DNA of 44,330 nucleotides from a virus (Duplodnaviria; Heunggongvirae; Uroviricota; Caudoviricetes): IMG/VR virus record IMGVR_UViG_2541047714_000011; one strand, 5' to 3'. Shown piece by piece: positions 1 to 9,686 of this stretch (position 1 is its first letter; each line of letters starts with the position of its first letter). The notes under the pieces were generated by a model. It saw only the letters and a program-made list of their open reading frames with translations, ran no database searches and was not told where the DNA came from. The position numbers and the translations under genes were made by a program.

Positions 1-933
1 ATGGACAACGACAAAATTGATCAACACAGCGACGAAATTGAAGTTGAGAGCGAAGAAAAAGAGCGCGGCAAAAAAATAGAAATAGATGAAGATCGACTCC
101 CCTCCCGGGCGATGGCAATTCATGAGCATATCCGCCAGGATGGTGAAAAAGAGCTGGAACGCGACGCAATGGCACTACTGTGGTCAGCCATTGCGGCGGG
201 TCTGTCGATGGGCGCTTCATTACTGGCAAAAGGGATATTTCATGTCGAACTGGAAGGTGTGCCGGGCAGCTTCTTGCTGGAGAATCTCGGTTATACCTTT
301 GGTTTTATTATCGTCATTATGGCCCGCCAGCAATTATTTACCGAAAACACCGTGACTGCGGTACTACCCGTCATGCAAAAACCGACAATGAGCAACGTTG
401 GCTTACTTATGCGGTTATGGGGCGTCGTGCTGCTGGGTAATATTCTCGGGACAGGTATTGCGGCGTGGGCATTTGAATATATGCCAATCTTCAATGAAGA
501 AACTCGCGATGCATTTGTCAAAATCGGCATGGATGTGATGAAGAACACCCCCAGCGAGATGTTTGCCAACGCGATCATTTCCGGCTGGCTGATCGCCACT
601 ATGGTATGGATGTTTCCTGCAGCGGGTGCGGCAAAGATTGTGGTGATTATATTGATGACCTGGCTTATTGCCCTGGGTGACACCACTCACATCGTTGTCG
701 GTTCTGTTGAAATCCTCTATCTGGTGTTTAACGGTACGCTGCACTGGAGCGATTTCATCTGGCCCTTCGCACTACCTACTTTAGCGGGGAACATCTGCGG
801 CGGCACCTTTATCTTCGCGTTAATGAGTCATGCACAGATTCGTAACGACATGAGCAACAAGCGCAAAGCAGAAGCACGCCAAAAAGCAGAACGTGCGGAA
901 AACATTAAGAAAAATGATAAAAACCCGGCATAA
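1..933 (+). CDS. yfdC: FNT-family (formate/nitrite transporter-like) inner membrane protein, host gene
   Basis: 310-aa ORF from the track; multiple hydrophobic helices; sequence recognised as E. coli YfdC; lies immediately upstream of argW as in E. coli. Confidence 0.8.
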   Translation: MDNDKIDQHSDEIEVESEEKERGKKIEIDEDRLPSRAMAIHEHIRQDGEKELERDAMALLWSAIAAGLSMGASLLAKGIFHVELEGVPGSFLLENLGYTFGFIIVIMARQQLFTENTVTAVLPVMQKPTMSNVGLLMRLWGVVLLGNILGTGIAAWAFEYMPIFNEETRDAFVKIGMDVMKNTPSEMFANAIISGWLIATMVWMFPAAGAAKIVVIILMTWLIALGDTTHIVVGSVEILYLVFNGTLHWSDFIWPFALPTLAGNICGGTFIFALMSHAQIRNDMSNKRKAEARQKAERAENIKKNDKNPA

Positions 934-1008
934 ATGGCGAGGGTTTAAGCAATCGAGCGGCAGCGTACTTACCCCGCAGTCCATTAGCGGGTATACTCAT
1001 GCCGCATT

Positions 1009-1083
1009 GTCCTCTTAGTTAAATGGATATAACGAGCCCCTCCTAAGGGCTAATTGCAGGTTCGATTCCTGCAGGGGACACCA
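1009..1083 (+). tRNA. argW: tRNA-Arg, anticodon CCU
   Basis: 75-nt cloverleaf: acceptor GTCCTCT/AGGGGAC, anticodon loop CTCCTAA, T-arm GCAGG-TTCGATT-CCTGC, 3' ACCA; hand-folded. Confidence 0.85.
1069..1083. repeat. attL core (3' end of argW)
   Basis: Identical 15-mer recurs at 42627-42641. Confidence 0.7.
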
Positions 1084-1199
1084 TTTATCAGTTCGCTCCC
1101 ATCCGTACCAGTCCGCAAAATCCCCTGAATATCAAGCCTTCCGTAGATTCACAGTTCGTCATGGTTCGCGTCAGATCGTTGACAGCCGCACTCCATGAC

Positions 1200-1245
1200 G
1201 GGTAAAAAGTGGATAAAATAATTTTACCCACCGGATTTTTACCCA
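1200..1245. promoter_or_regulatory. GGGTAAAA-type repeats at attL/intS start (putative recombinase or RDF binding sites)
   Basis: gggtaaaaa at 1200-1208 and inverted ttttaccca at 1222-1230 and 1237-1245, the last overlapping the intS ATG; same motif repeated at attR. Confidence 0.4.
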
Positions 1246-2402
1246 TGCTCACCGTTAAGCAGATTGAAGCAGCAAAGCCGAAAGAAAAACCATACCGCCT
1301 TCTCGATGGTAATGGCCTGTACCTTTATGTCCCTGTGTCAGGGAAAAAGGTATGGCAGCTTCGCTACAAGATTGACGGTAAGGAGAAAATCCTGACCGTC
1401 GGGAAATATCCGCTTATGAGTTTGCAGGAGGCAAGGGATAAAGCATGGACCGCGAGGAAAGACATCTCGGTTGGCATCGATCCGGTAAAAGCGAAAAAGG
1501 CTTCGTCTAACAACAATTCCTTTAGCGCCATTTACAAGGAATGGTACGAGCACAAGAAGCAAGTATGGTCAGTAGGGTATGCGACTGAACTTGCAAAAAT
1601 GTTTGATGACGACATTTTACCTATCATCGGCGGCCTTGAAATTCAGGATATTGAGCCGATAAAACTGCTGGAAGTAATCCGCAGATTTGAAGATCGCGGT
1701 GCAATGGAGCGAGCCAACAAAGCCCGCAGAAGATGCGGAGAGGTTTTCCGTTACGCTATTGTCACTGGTAGGGCTAAATATAACCCGGCACCTGACCTTG
1801 CTGACGCCATGAAGGGATACCGCAAGAAGAACTTCCCGTTTCTCCCAGCAGACCAGATCCCTGCATTCAACAAAGCACTGGCAACATTTTCAGGAAGCAT
1901 CATATCGCTCATTGCGACCAAAGTTTTACGCTACACAGCCCTAAGAACGAAAGAGCTTCGCTCCATGCAATGGAAGAACGTCGATTTTGAAAACAGGATT
2001 ATCACTATCGACGCCAGTGTGATGAAGGGCCGCAAAATTCATGTGGTCCCGATGTCAGACCAGGTGGTTGAACTTCTCACTACGCTAAGCTCAATCACCA
2101 AACCAGTCTCAGAGTTTGTTTTTGCCGGGCGCAACGATAAGAAGAAGCCAATCTGCGAGAACGCGGTTCTACTTGTGATCAAACAAATCGGCTATGAGGG
2201 TCTGGAAAGCGGTCACGGATTCAGGCATGAATTCAGCACGATTATGAACGAGCACGAATGGCCTGCTGACGCTATTGAAGTGCAACTTGCACATGCCAAC
2301 GGCGGATCTGTGCGTGGAATTTACAACCATGCTCAGTATCTCGATAAGCGCAGAGAAATGATGCAGTGGTGGGCGGACTGGATTGATGAAAAGGTGGGCT
2401 AA
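1245..2402 (+). CDS. intS: Tyrosine integrase, KplE1/CPS-53 IntS-like (P4 family)
   Basis: Track ORF 1209-2402 (GTG); ATG at 1245 gives 385 aa starting MLTVKQIEAAKPKEK, as recalled for IntS; C-terminal catalytic region with R..HxxR..Y pattern; adjacent to tRNA. Confidence 0.85.
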   Translation: MLTVKQIEAAKPKEKPYRLLDGNGLYLYVPVSGKKVWQLRYKIDGKEKILTVGKYPLMSLQEARDKAWTARKDISVGIDPVKAKKASSNNNSFSAIYKEWYEHKKQVWSVGYATELAKMFDDDILPIIGGLEIQDIEPIKLLEVIRRFEDRGAMERANKARRRCGEVFRYAIVTGRAKYNPAPDLADAMKGYRKKNFPFLPADQIPAFNKALATFSGSIISLIATKVLRYTALRTKELRSMQWKNVDFENRIITIDASVMKGRKIHVVPMSDQVVELLTTLSSITKPVSEFVFAGRNDKKKPICENAVLLVIKQIGYEGLESGHGFRHEFSTIMNEHEWPADAIEVQLAHANGGSVRGIYNHAQYLDKRREMMQWWADWIDEKVG

Positions 2403-2493
2403 CCAACGCTATATCTCAGATAGCACAAAGCCTTGCAATCCAGTGCAAAGCTTTGTGTGTCTCAGTTTTGCCTCATAGGTAACTCTGTGTTAA

Positions 2494-2793
2494 CTACGAT
2501 GCAAGAATCCATACCAATAAGCATCCGATAATTGGGAAAGAAAAATCCAACAAACTTCCCACATCCCACACGCGTGGATCAAAACCTCCCCACCACGGCA
2601 TGTTGACACGTTTCCCTTTCCCAAACTTTTCTATCCAGCGATATTCTGCCTGGGTGTGTTCACGCGCAATGAAGAACGTACAACCGGCTATCGCACCGTA
2701 AGCCCAGTTTCCGGTAAAAATACCAACCAGTACCTGAGCCGCAAAAGCGCAAAGCGAGTGAAGAAATGGAGTGACATCAATGCTCTTAATCAT
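2494..2793 (-). CDS. Hypothetical small inner-membrane protein (99 aa)
   Basis: Track ORF; two or three predicted TM segments; ATG overlaps the tailspike stop (ATGA); sits in the usual lysogenic-conversion position. Confidence 0.5.
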   Translation of the reverse strand: MIKSIDVTPFLHSLCAFAAQVLVGIFTGNWAYGAIAGCTFFIAREHTQAEYRWIEKFGKGKRVNMPWWGGFDPRVWDVGSLLDFSFPIIGCLLVWILAS

Positions 2794-4847
2794 GAAACTT
2801 CCCCATTGGTTGAAAATATGGCTCCTCCAACTCCAAGTGTATTTCGTGTTGTGCTCAACCTAAGAGGGCTGGAGTCAGAATTAGAATATCCTGTAGCAGA
2901 AATAAAAGATCCTCCACTAATAGTCAACTGCGGAACATCGGCTATATCTGAATAAGTTCTGTCAGCAACAGTATTATTTATAGCCACATGTGATCCAAAA
3001 AAACTTCTTATTGTTTGGTTTTTAACTTTACTTCCTTCAATGGTTATCCTACTACCACAGTCAGCAATAAATCCTGAATCTGCATCCAGCGTTGCATTCA
3101 TAAAAGAAGCTTCAGATCTCTCTACATCAATCCATCTAATATCTTTTGTGGGATTTGCACCAAATACATGACAAATATTAGAGTTAAACCTTACACCATC
3201 TTGGAGGTGCATTAATTTTTTTATATCTGTACCCCATAGCCTTGGAAAATTAACAGATGCTCCTGCATGGCAATCAAATCCCAACTCAGCCCCTGAGATA
3301 TCTACAGCCTTTCCTGAAATAACAGCACCAGTGTCTGCATTAACGGCTGTTCCACAATTGCGCATATCATTACCAGCAATATCAACACAACTCGCACCAT
3401 CAATACGCACACCAAGTGCACATCCATAAAAACCTTTTTCAATATTTGGTTCAAGGACTTTACCACTTGTTTCTGCATCACTTTCTTCAACGTCATGTCG
3501 TCTTGCATCAACATATGCTGTATGAATGCAGGTTAATCCACGATATGAGCAATGTATAGTTTTATGGTCGCGTATATTAACATTTGAACCATCTCTTACA
3601 TTCCATCCTATATAACAATAGCTTGCACTTGACCCCTGAAAATCTGCTTTAACATTATAAATACAATTAACTGACGCAACCGTACTCTCTGTGCACCGTT
3701 CAAACTTGCTTACAGGCATTGATGCCTTGACATTATTTACCAGTTGCAGGGAAGAGTATCTGCTATAAGAAAAATCACATACGTAATACCCTTCTGGCAT
3801 ATATGCAGCAACACTTTCCTCATCAGGAGCACATCCGGTATGATATGCACTAATTTTTGCACCAAAGCTACCATGAATTCCAACGTAGAACTTTCGAGCA
3901 CCTGAATACGGATAGAAATTAAGTTCAGCTTTTTGAGTTACAATAAATGCACAAACATCGCTATCATCTCTATTTTCTTCAATCTGAATAGCAAATACAG
4001 GACTTTTTGCTGCATCGCAAATGTAAAATAAATATTTGTATTCGTAATACGTCCTAACAGTTTTAGTAAACAAACTGGTATCAGAGAAAACCACTGAGTC
4101 TTCTGATATTATTTTAATCCATGATAAGTCACATCCTGCTGAAATTTCTATTTGCTCATTGAGCACAAAACCGGAAAGAATTTTAATTATGCAAAAGTCA
4201 ATGCCATTTTTCCATAGTGGACGCAGTGCAACAGCCGAGTTTAGAGCATCACTAATAGATTTAAAATTACCATATTCCCCAACTGTTATTGTGAATGCAT
4301 ACCTGGAATTAAATACTGCGGCACTCTCTCCAGAGTTAATAGCTGCAGATATCATGTCATAATTTGATATAAAATCATTTGGCGTGATTATTTCTGCGTT
4401 TTTATTGTGCTGTGTTCTAAGTTTTGAATTTACATGAACACTTTTAACTGCAATACGGGAGTCGTCAACAAGTATTTCATTACCCTCTGTTGCTAACTCT
4501 TGTCTTAACTGATCCGGGTCATACTTCAGCACATTCGGAAAATAGAACTGCTGTGCACCATACGCATCATAAACAGCCATAGAATGGCCTTGCTCAGTTA
4601 CGAATTTGGCAATCTGTCCGTTATATACAGGATAACCAGCAGCGTTAATGATGATTGGTTGCGAAACAGGAACGTGAGAGCCGTCTTCGTTCTCTACATA
4701 AACCTGAATCTGGTTTTCAGGATTTACCGGGTCAGTGTCAATTTTACCGATATAAATTTTGCCATTGGCTACGGCTTTAAAAGAACGCGCCATAGTGAAG
4801 AGTTGCGAAGGCATACTCACTACAACATTGGCTGTAATGTCTGTCAT
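2790..4847 (-). CDS. Tailspike protein; P22 gp9-type N-terminal head-binding domain with a divergent receptor-binding body
   Basis: 685 aa; N-terminus [11 protein letters not shown]...[20 protein letters not shown]...VLKYDPDQ matches the P22 tailspike N-terminal domain as recalled; remainder not recognised; SD GGAG upstream. Confidence 0.85.
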   Translation of the reverse strand: MTDITANVVVSMPSQLFTMARSFKAVANGKIYIGKIDTDPVNPENQIQVYVENEDGSHVPVSQPIIINAAGYPVYNGQIAKFVTEQGHSMAVYDAYGAQQFYFPNVLKYDPDQLRQELATEGNEILVDDSRIAVKSVHVNSKLRTQHNKNAEIITPNDFISNYDMISAAINSGESAAVFNSRYAFTITVGEYGNFKSISDALNSAVALRPLWKNGIDFCIIKILSGFVLNEQIEISAGCDLSWIKIISEDSVVFSDTSLFTKTVRTYYEYKYLFYICDAAKSPVFAIQIEENRDDSDVCAFIVTQKAELNFYPYSGARKFYVGIHGSFGAKISAYHTGCAPDEESVAAYMPEGYYVCDFSYSRYSSLQLVNNVKASMPVSKFERCTESTVASVNCIYNVKADFQGSSASYCYIGWNVRDGSNVNIRDHKTIHCSYRGLTCIHTAYVDARRHDVEESDAETSGKVLEPNIEKGFYGCALGVRIDGASCVDIAGNDMRNCGTAVNADTGAVISGKAVDISGAELGFDCHAGASVNFPRLWGTDIKKLMHLQDGVRFNSNICHVFGANPTKDIRWIDVERSEASFMNATLDADSGFIADCGSRITIEGSKVKNQTIRSFFGSHVAINNTVADRTYSDIADVPQLTISGGSFISATGYSNSDSSPLRLSTTRNTLGVGGAIFSTNGEVS

Positions 4848-4905
4848 TTAATTTGCTCCAGATACAAGGAATCGCCGCAGCATGGCTACGGTGAATTTTG
4901 GGCAT

Positions 4906-4928
4906 AAAAAAACCCAGCCGAAGCTGGG
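4906..4928 (-). terminator. Intrinsic terminator between ant and tailspike
   Basis: Minus-strand hairpin cccagc-uucg-gcuggg followed by a 7-U run. Confidence 0.6.
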
Positions 4929-4947
4929 TCGTTGCGTTGGTTATCTG

Positions 4948-5826
4948 TCAGTAGTTATGTACTGAAGGAGGTAATTCTTTATTCTTAAGTCTCATCCATG
5001 CGGAAAGATTCGCTGGTCCGTCTGGCTCATTAATATCAACATCTCGTGTGTGGTTTATTAAAACGTCTCTCGCCATTCCGATAACATACGAGAACTCATG
5101 ACCGTAGTCGTAGCATCTTCCGGAATAGTTCGATTGAATTTGTTTTAACGCCGGATACAGTTCGCGGAATAATGCCTGTGAACGGTTGGCATAATCCCAT
5201 AACCATACAAGGCTGTTTGCTTCTTTTGCAGAAAGCTCGTCGGTTTTCTTCTCTTGTTTGCCAATGAACTCACCTTCAAGCACTACCCTGTGGATGTACT
5301 CTACGGCCAGCGGGATTTGTTCAATTGAAAGTTCATCAATGCTGTCAATACCAAAACGCTGATGAACCATATTGTATGCATCGTCATAGCGAAGTCCTTT
5401 CTTTCCTACCAGCATGTTTACTGCATCGCGTAGCGGTGTTCTTTCCTCAACAGTGGTTTTCTTGCCTTTCACATACTCGCCATGTTTGCGAATTGAAGGC
5501 AGAACTTCTGCTGTTACCCACTTGCGGAATTTGTGCGGGACTGAACCTTTATTGACTGCATCGCGGCAGCGCAGAACCAATGTATACATACCTGATTCGC
5601 TTACAATGCTTAGATTCTGCTCACCACCAAGGGTGTAACTTAAAGTTACTCCCTTTTCATCGTCATCAAGTGCAGTAAGTGCCTTGCGTGAGTTAGTCAA
5701 AGCTAAAGCATCACAAACATCTTTAGCTACAAACCACGGCTCGCCGCACTTGTTAATGACGCGAATTTCACTGTCGCCAAATTTGAAGATGGTGAAATCG
5801 TTTTGTGCCTTTGCTATACTTTTCAT
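4948..5826 (-). CDS. ant: Antirepressor, Bro-N domain (P22 Ant-like)
   Basis: Track ORF 4948-5892 begins with TTG; ATG at 5826 with AGGA upstream gives [11 protein letters not shown]...; Bro-N-like N-terminus ([13 protein letters not shown]...LDDDEKG); follows arc as in P22 immI. Confidence 0.7.
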   Translation of the reverse strand: MKSIAKAQNDFTIFKFGDSEIRVINKCGEPWFVAKDVCDALALTNSRKALTALDDDEKGVTLSYTLGGEQNLSIVSESGMYTLVLRCRDAVNKGSVPHKFRKWVTAEVLPSIRKHGEYVKGKKTTVEERTPLRDAVNMLVGKKGLRYDDAYNMVHQRFGIDSIDELSIEQIPLAVEYIHRVVLEGEFIGKQEKKTDELSAKEANSLVWLWDYANRSQALFRELYPALKQIQSNYSGRCYDYGHEFSYVIGMARDVLINHTRDVDINEPDGPANLSAWMRLKNKELPPSVHNY

Positions 5827-5888
5827 GTCAATATTTCCTAAGCCGATTTGTTGATACCGAAGCCCTGACTGTTCCAGCAGTTGGGGCT

Positions 5889-6158
5889 TCAACGTTTTTC
5901 CACTTCATTTTGAATTTGCTTAAGTAGCATATTTGTCTCGTCAAGCCTCTTGTTAATACGGTCAAGGCTTTCTACTAAATCGTTATGTGCATGTGATACT
6001 TCGTAATTTGAGACTGATTTTTTTTCCTCTATCGTCTTTGTCAATCGTTCCCCTGATTGATACATATTGATTAACGATGTAAAAATCACGAGCAAGCAAA
6101 CTACAATGATTGCGCCAGACAAAAATTGTAAAGAACGATCAAGCAATGACACCTTCAT
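5889..6158 (-). CDS. Hypothetical 89-aa membrane-anchored coiled-coil protein
   Basis: Track ORF; one N-proximal TM ([16 protein letters not shown]) and charged helical C-terminus; ATG overlaps the arc stop (ATGA). Confidence 0.5.
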   Translation of the reverse strand: MKVSLLDRSLQFLSGAIIVVCLLVIFTSLINMYQSGERLTKTIEEKKSVSNYEVSHAHNDLVESLDRINKRLDETNMLLKQIQNEVEKR

Positions 6159-6313
6159 ACCGTAATCCCCTCTCTCTTCAGGCTGTCCATCACTCGCTTG
6201 TAAATCTCAGAGTTAACAGATCGCCCGTTCTCTTCAGCTACCTTGCGTACCAAATCCAATACTTCTTTAGGCCACCGCAAATTGAACTGCGGCATTTTGC
6301 TCATTCCTTTCAT
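6155..6313 (-). CDS. arc: Arc repressor (ribbon-helix-helix)
   Basis: Hand-translated 52 aa MKGMSKMPQFNLRWPKEVLDLVRKVAEENGRSVNSEIYKRVMDSLKREGDTV, near-identical to P22 Arc as recalled; below the track's size cut-off. Confidence 0.9.
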   Translation of the reverse strand: MKGMSKMPQFNLRWPKEVLDLVRKVAEENGRSVNSEIYKRVMDSLKREGITV

Positions 6314-6329
6314 GTTCACCTCACATTAT

Positions 6330-6346
6330 AGGTCCACCGTGGACCT
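6330..6346. promoter_or_regulatory. Mnt operator (Omnt)
   Basis: Perfect 17-bp palindrome aggtccaccgtggacct, as in P22. Confidence 0.8.
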
Positions 6347-6355
6347 ATTGAGAAT

Positions 6356-6376
6356 ATAGTAGAGTGCTTCTATCAT
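6356..6376. promoter_or_regulatory. Arc operator (Oarc), overlapping Pant
   Basis: 21-mer atagtagagtgcttctatcat equals the P22 arc operator as recalled. Confidence 0.8.
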
Positions 6377-6403
6377 GTCAATACACTAACTTGGAGTGAT
6401 GGC

Positions 6404-6661
6404 ATGGCTAGAGATGATCCGCACTTTAACTTCCGTATGCCTTTGGAAGTAAGAGAAAAATTGAAATTAAGAGCCGAGGCTAACGGAAGGTCAATGAACT
6501 CTGAGTTATTACAAATCGTTCAGGATGCTCTCTCAAAGCCATCACCGATTGCAGGCTATCGCAACGAAGCTGAACGCTTGGCTGATGAACATTCGGATAT
6601 CGTAAAAAATATGGTATTCGAAACTTTAAAAAAACTTTATGGAAAAGAAAAGAATGAGTAA
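6404..6661 (+). CDS. mnt: Mnt repressor
   Basis: 85 aa MARDDPHFNFRMPLEVREKLKLRAEANGRSMNSELLQIVQDAL..., near-identical to P22 Mnt as recalled; divergent from arc. Confidence 0.9.
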   Translation: MARDDPHFNFRMPLEVREKLKLRAEANGRSMNSELLQIVQDALSKPSPIAGYRNEAERLADEHSDIVKNMVFETLKKLYGKEKNE

Positions 6662-6923
6662 TAAAGAGCTTGTTAAAAAATCAAATAACTGTGTCGATGC
6701 ATATGCTGACTCATTTGGATACTCTTCGTTTGGTGACGGTTCCCAGCGATTAGGTTCAATTTCTTTTTTTCATAATGTAACTGAATGGCCTGTTGATGAA
6801 AGCGGTGATGTTGAAAACATAAAGTACAATATTGCCACCATTAGAATGCCTGAAGAATTGATGCTTAAATTGGCGGACTTCATTCGCGACCAACATTATA
6901 AGGCTAAAACAAACGAGTCGTAA
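6639..6923 (+). CDS. Hypothetical protein (94 aa; alternative ATG at 6654)
   Basis: Track ORF overlapping the mnt 3' end; no TM; not recognised. Confidence 0.45.
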   Translation: MEKKRMSNKELVKKSNNCVDAYADSFGYSSFGDGSQRLGSISFFHNVTEWPVDESGDVENIKYNIATIRMPEELMLKLADFIRDQHYKAKTNES

Positions 6924-6926
6924 TCA

Positions 6927-7376
6927 ATGATGAAACACGATTATTACGAAGCTCCAAATCTAACTGAAAAGCTTGAACAAGCGGAAAAATCATCATCTTT
7001 GTACACAAATCCAATTTCTCAGTCATCAGGAATGTCTGGCATGAATATGGGCATGCTACAATCAAGTGGTGGTGGAGCTGGGAGTAACAACATGCTTGAG
7101 GCTAGGGTTGCACGGTTAGAGGCAGATGTTGAAAACATTAAGACCAATCTATCTGAGGCAAGGTCTGACATCTCTCGTTTGCGTGATATCTCAGCTGATA
7201 CATCCAGAGATGTTGCGGTGGTCCTGCAAAAAATAGTAGATGTAGACGAAAAATTATCAAAAAAACCGAGTAAGAGCGAAGTCCAGACATTGATATCTTC
7301 TGCAGTAAACAAGCAAATACTATGGACCATAGGGACTGGATTTGCTCTTTTAGGGATAGCTAAATATATATTTTAG
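6927..7376 (+). CDS. Hypothetical C-terminally membrane-anchored coiled-coil protein (149 aa)
   Basis: Gly/Met/Ser-rich N-region, predicted coiled coil, single C-terminal TM ILWTIGTGFALLGIAKYIF; 3-nt gap to the upstream ORF. Confidence 0.5.
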   Translation: MMKHDYYEAPNLTEKLEQAEKSSSLYTNPISQSSGMSGMNMGMLQSSGGGAGSNNMLEARVARLEADVENIKTNLSEARSDISRLRDISADTSRDVAVVLQKIVDVDEKLSKKPSKSEVQTLISSAVNKQILWTIGTGFALLGIAKYIF

Positions 7377-7445
7377 CTCACCTCATCAGCTATCTTCTTG
7401 TTCCATTCACTCAGTGCCACTGCAAGGAAAACTAAGGAGGTTAGT

Positions 7446-7835
7446 GTGAAGCGATTTCTTGCTGGTATGTTTTTATTCATATCTTTTGGGGCTACAGCAG
7501 AATGCTGGGTTGTTGGAGATATGCGCGGAATAAGCTATTCAGAACGAAATAATTTCCAACCGGAAGAAGATGGTTTTAGTGGAACATTTATCATTAAGAC
7601 AAGCGGTGAAGATGCCAGCATCACATATTCTGGGACGGATGCTGGCGGCATGGCTTACAAAGCATTGTCTAAAAACTCCATCATAGGAATCGGCGCGAAT
7701 GGCGAAACTCAACGAGTTATCGACTCATGGGTAATACATCCTAATGGAACAGTTTTAATGTCGAAAACCATTTCTGGTTATGGAAACATGGATTCAACCA
7801 AAGCTTTTGTTGGAAAAGTAAAAAGAAAATGTTAA
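7446..7835 (+). CDS. Hypothetical secreted/periplasmic protein (~129 aa)
   Basis: GTG at 7446 preceded by AAGGAGG; N-terminal signal peptide KRFLAGMFLFISFGATA then ECW...; track ORF extends to 7398. Confidence 0.5.
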   Translation: MKRFLAGMFLFISFGATAECWVVGDMRGISYSERNNFQPEEDGFSGTFIIKTSGEDASITYSGTDAGGMAYKALSKNSIIGIGANGETQRVIDSWVIHPNGTVLMSKTISGYGNMDSTKAFVGKVKRKC

Positions 7836-7859
7836 CGATTGAATCCAATTTCCCATACG

Positions 7860-9686
7860 TTACTGCTGTGTTGCCTCAGTGGCAAGCAGCGGTCTGATGG
7901 CATTTGCAGCGTTACTTAATGCTCTTTCATAGGCTGGCGTTCCAGCTTTAGTGTTTGCCAGACGTAAGAGAGCATTCCTTGCTGCTTTGGACTCATACAA
8001 GCGCATCATTGCACCGAAACCAGCCTCAAGCCCCATTGATACGCCAAGAGTCGCAGTTGCGCCAATCGTCCTTATCCTATTGGCTTGCGATTGCCCCGTC
8101 TGAGTTACTACATTTGCGGTGTCTGACCTTGCTGTTTGCTGTAGAACTTCATGAAGAGCATCAAGCTCTTTCATGTGCTTTCCAGAAAAAATAGTGTTGT
8201 AAATTTCACCGCCTGACTGAGATTTCAGCTTATTAACTTCAGTGATGAACTTGGCTGGAGAGTCACCGGCCTTTTCCGCTATTTTGCTGACGTAAGCTGC
8301 ACGCATAGCATCTTTCCCTTTATCATCCAATGCGCTCCAGATTCGTTTCACGTCAGATGGTTTTCTGCTTAATACAACGGTATTTATAAGTTCAGGACTG
8401 GCTTCACTGCTTGCCTTGTTGAGCTTGTTAGCAATGTTTTTATTAAGCACCTTATTATAAACGTTTGCATAATCGGAATTTGCTTTAAGGTATTTTGCTG
8501 CGTCTGATGCACCGAGGTTTTTTGCAACTGCGTTACGAAGATCTTTTGACATTGCATTCTCTACCATATTGGTAGCTGCTTTTGCCTGGTTGGGGAAGAC
8601 CATAGCATCTCCCTGAACATTAGATCTAAATGCTGTTCTGTGCTGACGCAAGAGATCAAACGTAACATCCAAATCAGTTGCAGGGTTTGCTAATTCTTCA
8701 CGTAGGTTACGCAAGGATGTAAGCAGGCTTTGATTGGCAGACGTCCCAAGCCGTTCCTGTCTTGCGATCGCTGTATTCAGAGCATTCATGGTATTTGTGG
8801 TATCAACTGCGGCATTACCCATTTTATTGGTGACGTCATTGATAACAGCGCCAGCGGCATCCTTCCGCCCCCTTAACGTGGTGGTCAGAGATTTCACCAC
8901 ATCATCAGGGTTGTACTCACCAAAACGGTCAAAATAATTGCTTACCAGCTTACTACGCGTTGCATATTGCTCCGCACGCTTTGAACCTGTCCCTAGCAAA
9001 GCCCCCTCAGCATCCTGAGTAAGGCCACGAGTGAAAGCATTTTTCGGCGTGATTACATCAGATGTCATAGGTGTCACGCCCATCGATTCTGATGTGGCAA
9101 TTTTTTTCGCTACTTCTGGCGCAATATCGCCTTTTATAGCCGTTATTCCACGACCTATTCCCTTTGCTGCTGCGGAAAGAACACCCTGAGCAGCAAGGTT
9201 AACTCCGGCATTTTTAGCTGCATTTTGTGCGAAATCGCCTTTCTGATTTGCGGCCTCTGCCAGTGATCCAATAGCCATGCTTCCTGCCGTTCCAACTCCT
9301 GGAACTAAATACCCGCCAATTGTTTCTCCAGCTTGCGCATAAGGGTCTGTTGGTCGATCTACTGGACGATAGACATCGTCCAAAACCTTGGGGCCACCAA
9401 GACCCTGGCTGATTGCATTAATCAGACTTGCGCCGCCCTGCAATACGTCAAATGGTATGTTTACCAGACCACGACCAGCCTGTTCTGCAATTTGCCCTGC
9501 ACTTTGACCACCAGTGAGCCAGTCAGTAGCTTTTCCCACCAGAGATTGTTCTTCTGGCTGCGATTGGTTTTGAGTGGATTGATCACCAGAAGACAGCATC
9601 TGAGCAATGCGACGTGCTCCCTCAGTATCGCCGGCAGCATCAGCATTCCTTAACGCCGTCATCAACTGTTCACGACTATAGGCCAT
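7860..9686 (-). CDS. Ejection protein, P22 gp16-like
   Basis: 608 aa; last gene of the gp14-gp7-gp20-gp16 order; Ala/Gly-rich. Confidence 0.7.
   Translation of the reverse strand: MAYSREQLMTALRNADAAGDTEGARRIAQMLSSGDQSTQNQSQPEEQSLVGKATDWLTGGQSAGQIAEQAGRGLVNIPFDVLQGGASLINAISQGLGGPKVLDDVYRPVDRPTDPYAQAGETIGGYLVPGVGTAGSMAIGSLAEAANQKGDFAQNAAKNAGVNLAAQGVLSAAAKGIGRGITAIKGDIAPEVAKKIATSESMGVTPMTSDVITPKNAFTRGLTQDAEGALLGTGSKRAEQYATRSKLVSNYFDRFGEYNPDDVVKSLTTTLRGRKDAAGAVINDVTNKMGNAAVDTTNTMNALNTAIARQERLGTSANQSLLTSLRNLREELANPATDLDVTFDLLRQHRTAFRSNVQGDAMVFPNQAKAATNMVENAMSKDLRNAVAKNLGASDAAKYLKANSDYANVYNKVLNKNIANKLNKASSEASPELINTVVLSRKPSDVKRIWSALDDKGKDAMRAAYVSKIAEKAGDSPAKFITEVNKLKSQSGGEIYNTIFSGKHMKELDALHEVLQQTARSDTANVVTQTGQSQANRIRTIGATATLGVSMGLEAGFGAMMRLYESKAARNALLRLANTKAGTPAYERALSNAANAIRPLLATEATQQ

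Noticed and set aside
86-744. Track ORFs 86-355, 180-440 (+) and 291-686, 415-744 (-) inside yfdC
   Set aside because: They overlap the well-supported yfdC frame in alternative or antisense frames and have no independent signals
1084-2493. gtrABC-type O-antigen glucosylation genes next to int
   Set aside because: Not present; only a single 99-aa membrane ORF lies between int and the tailspike
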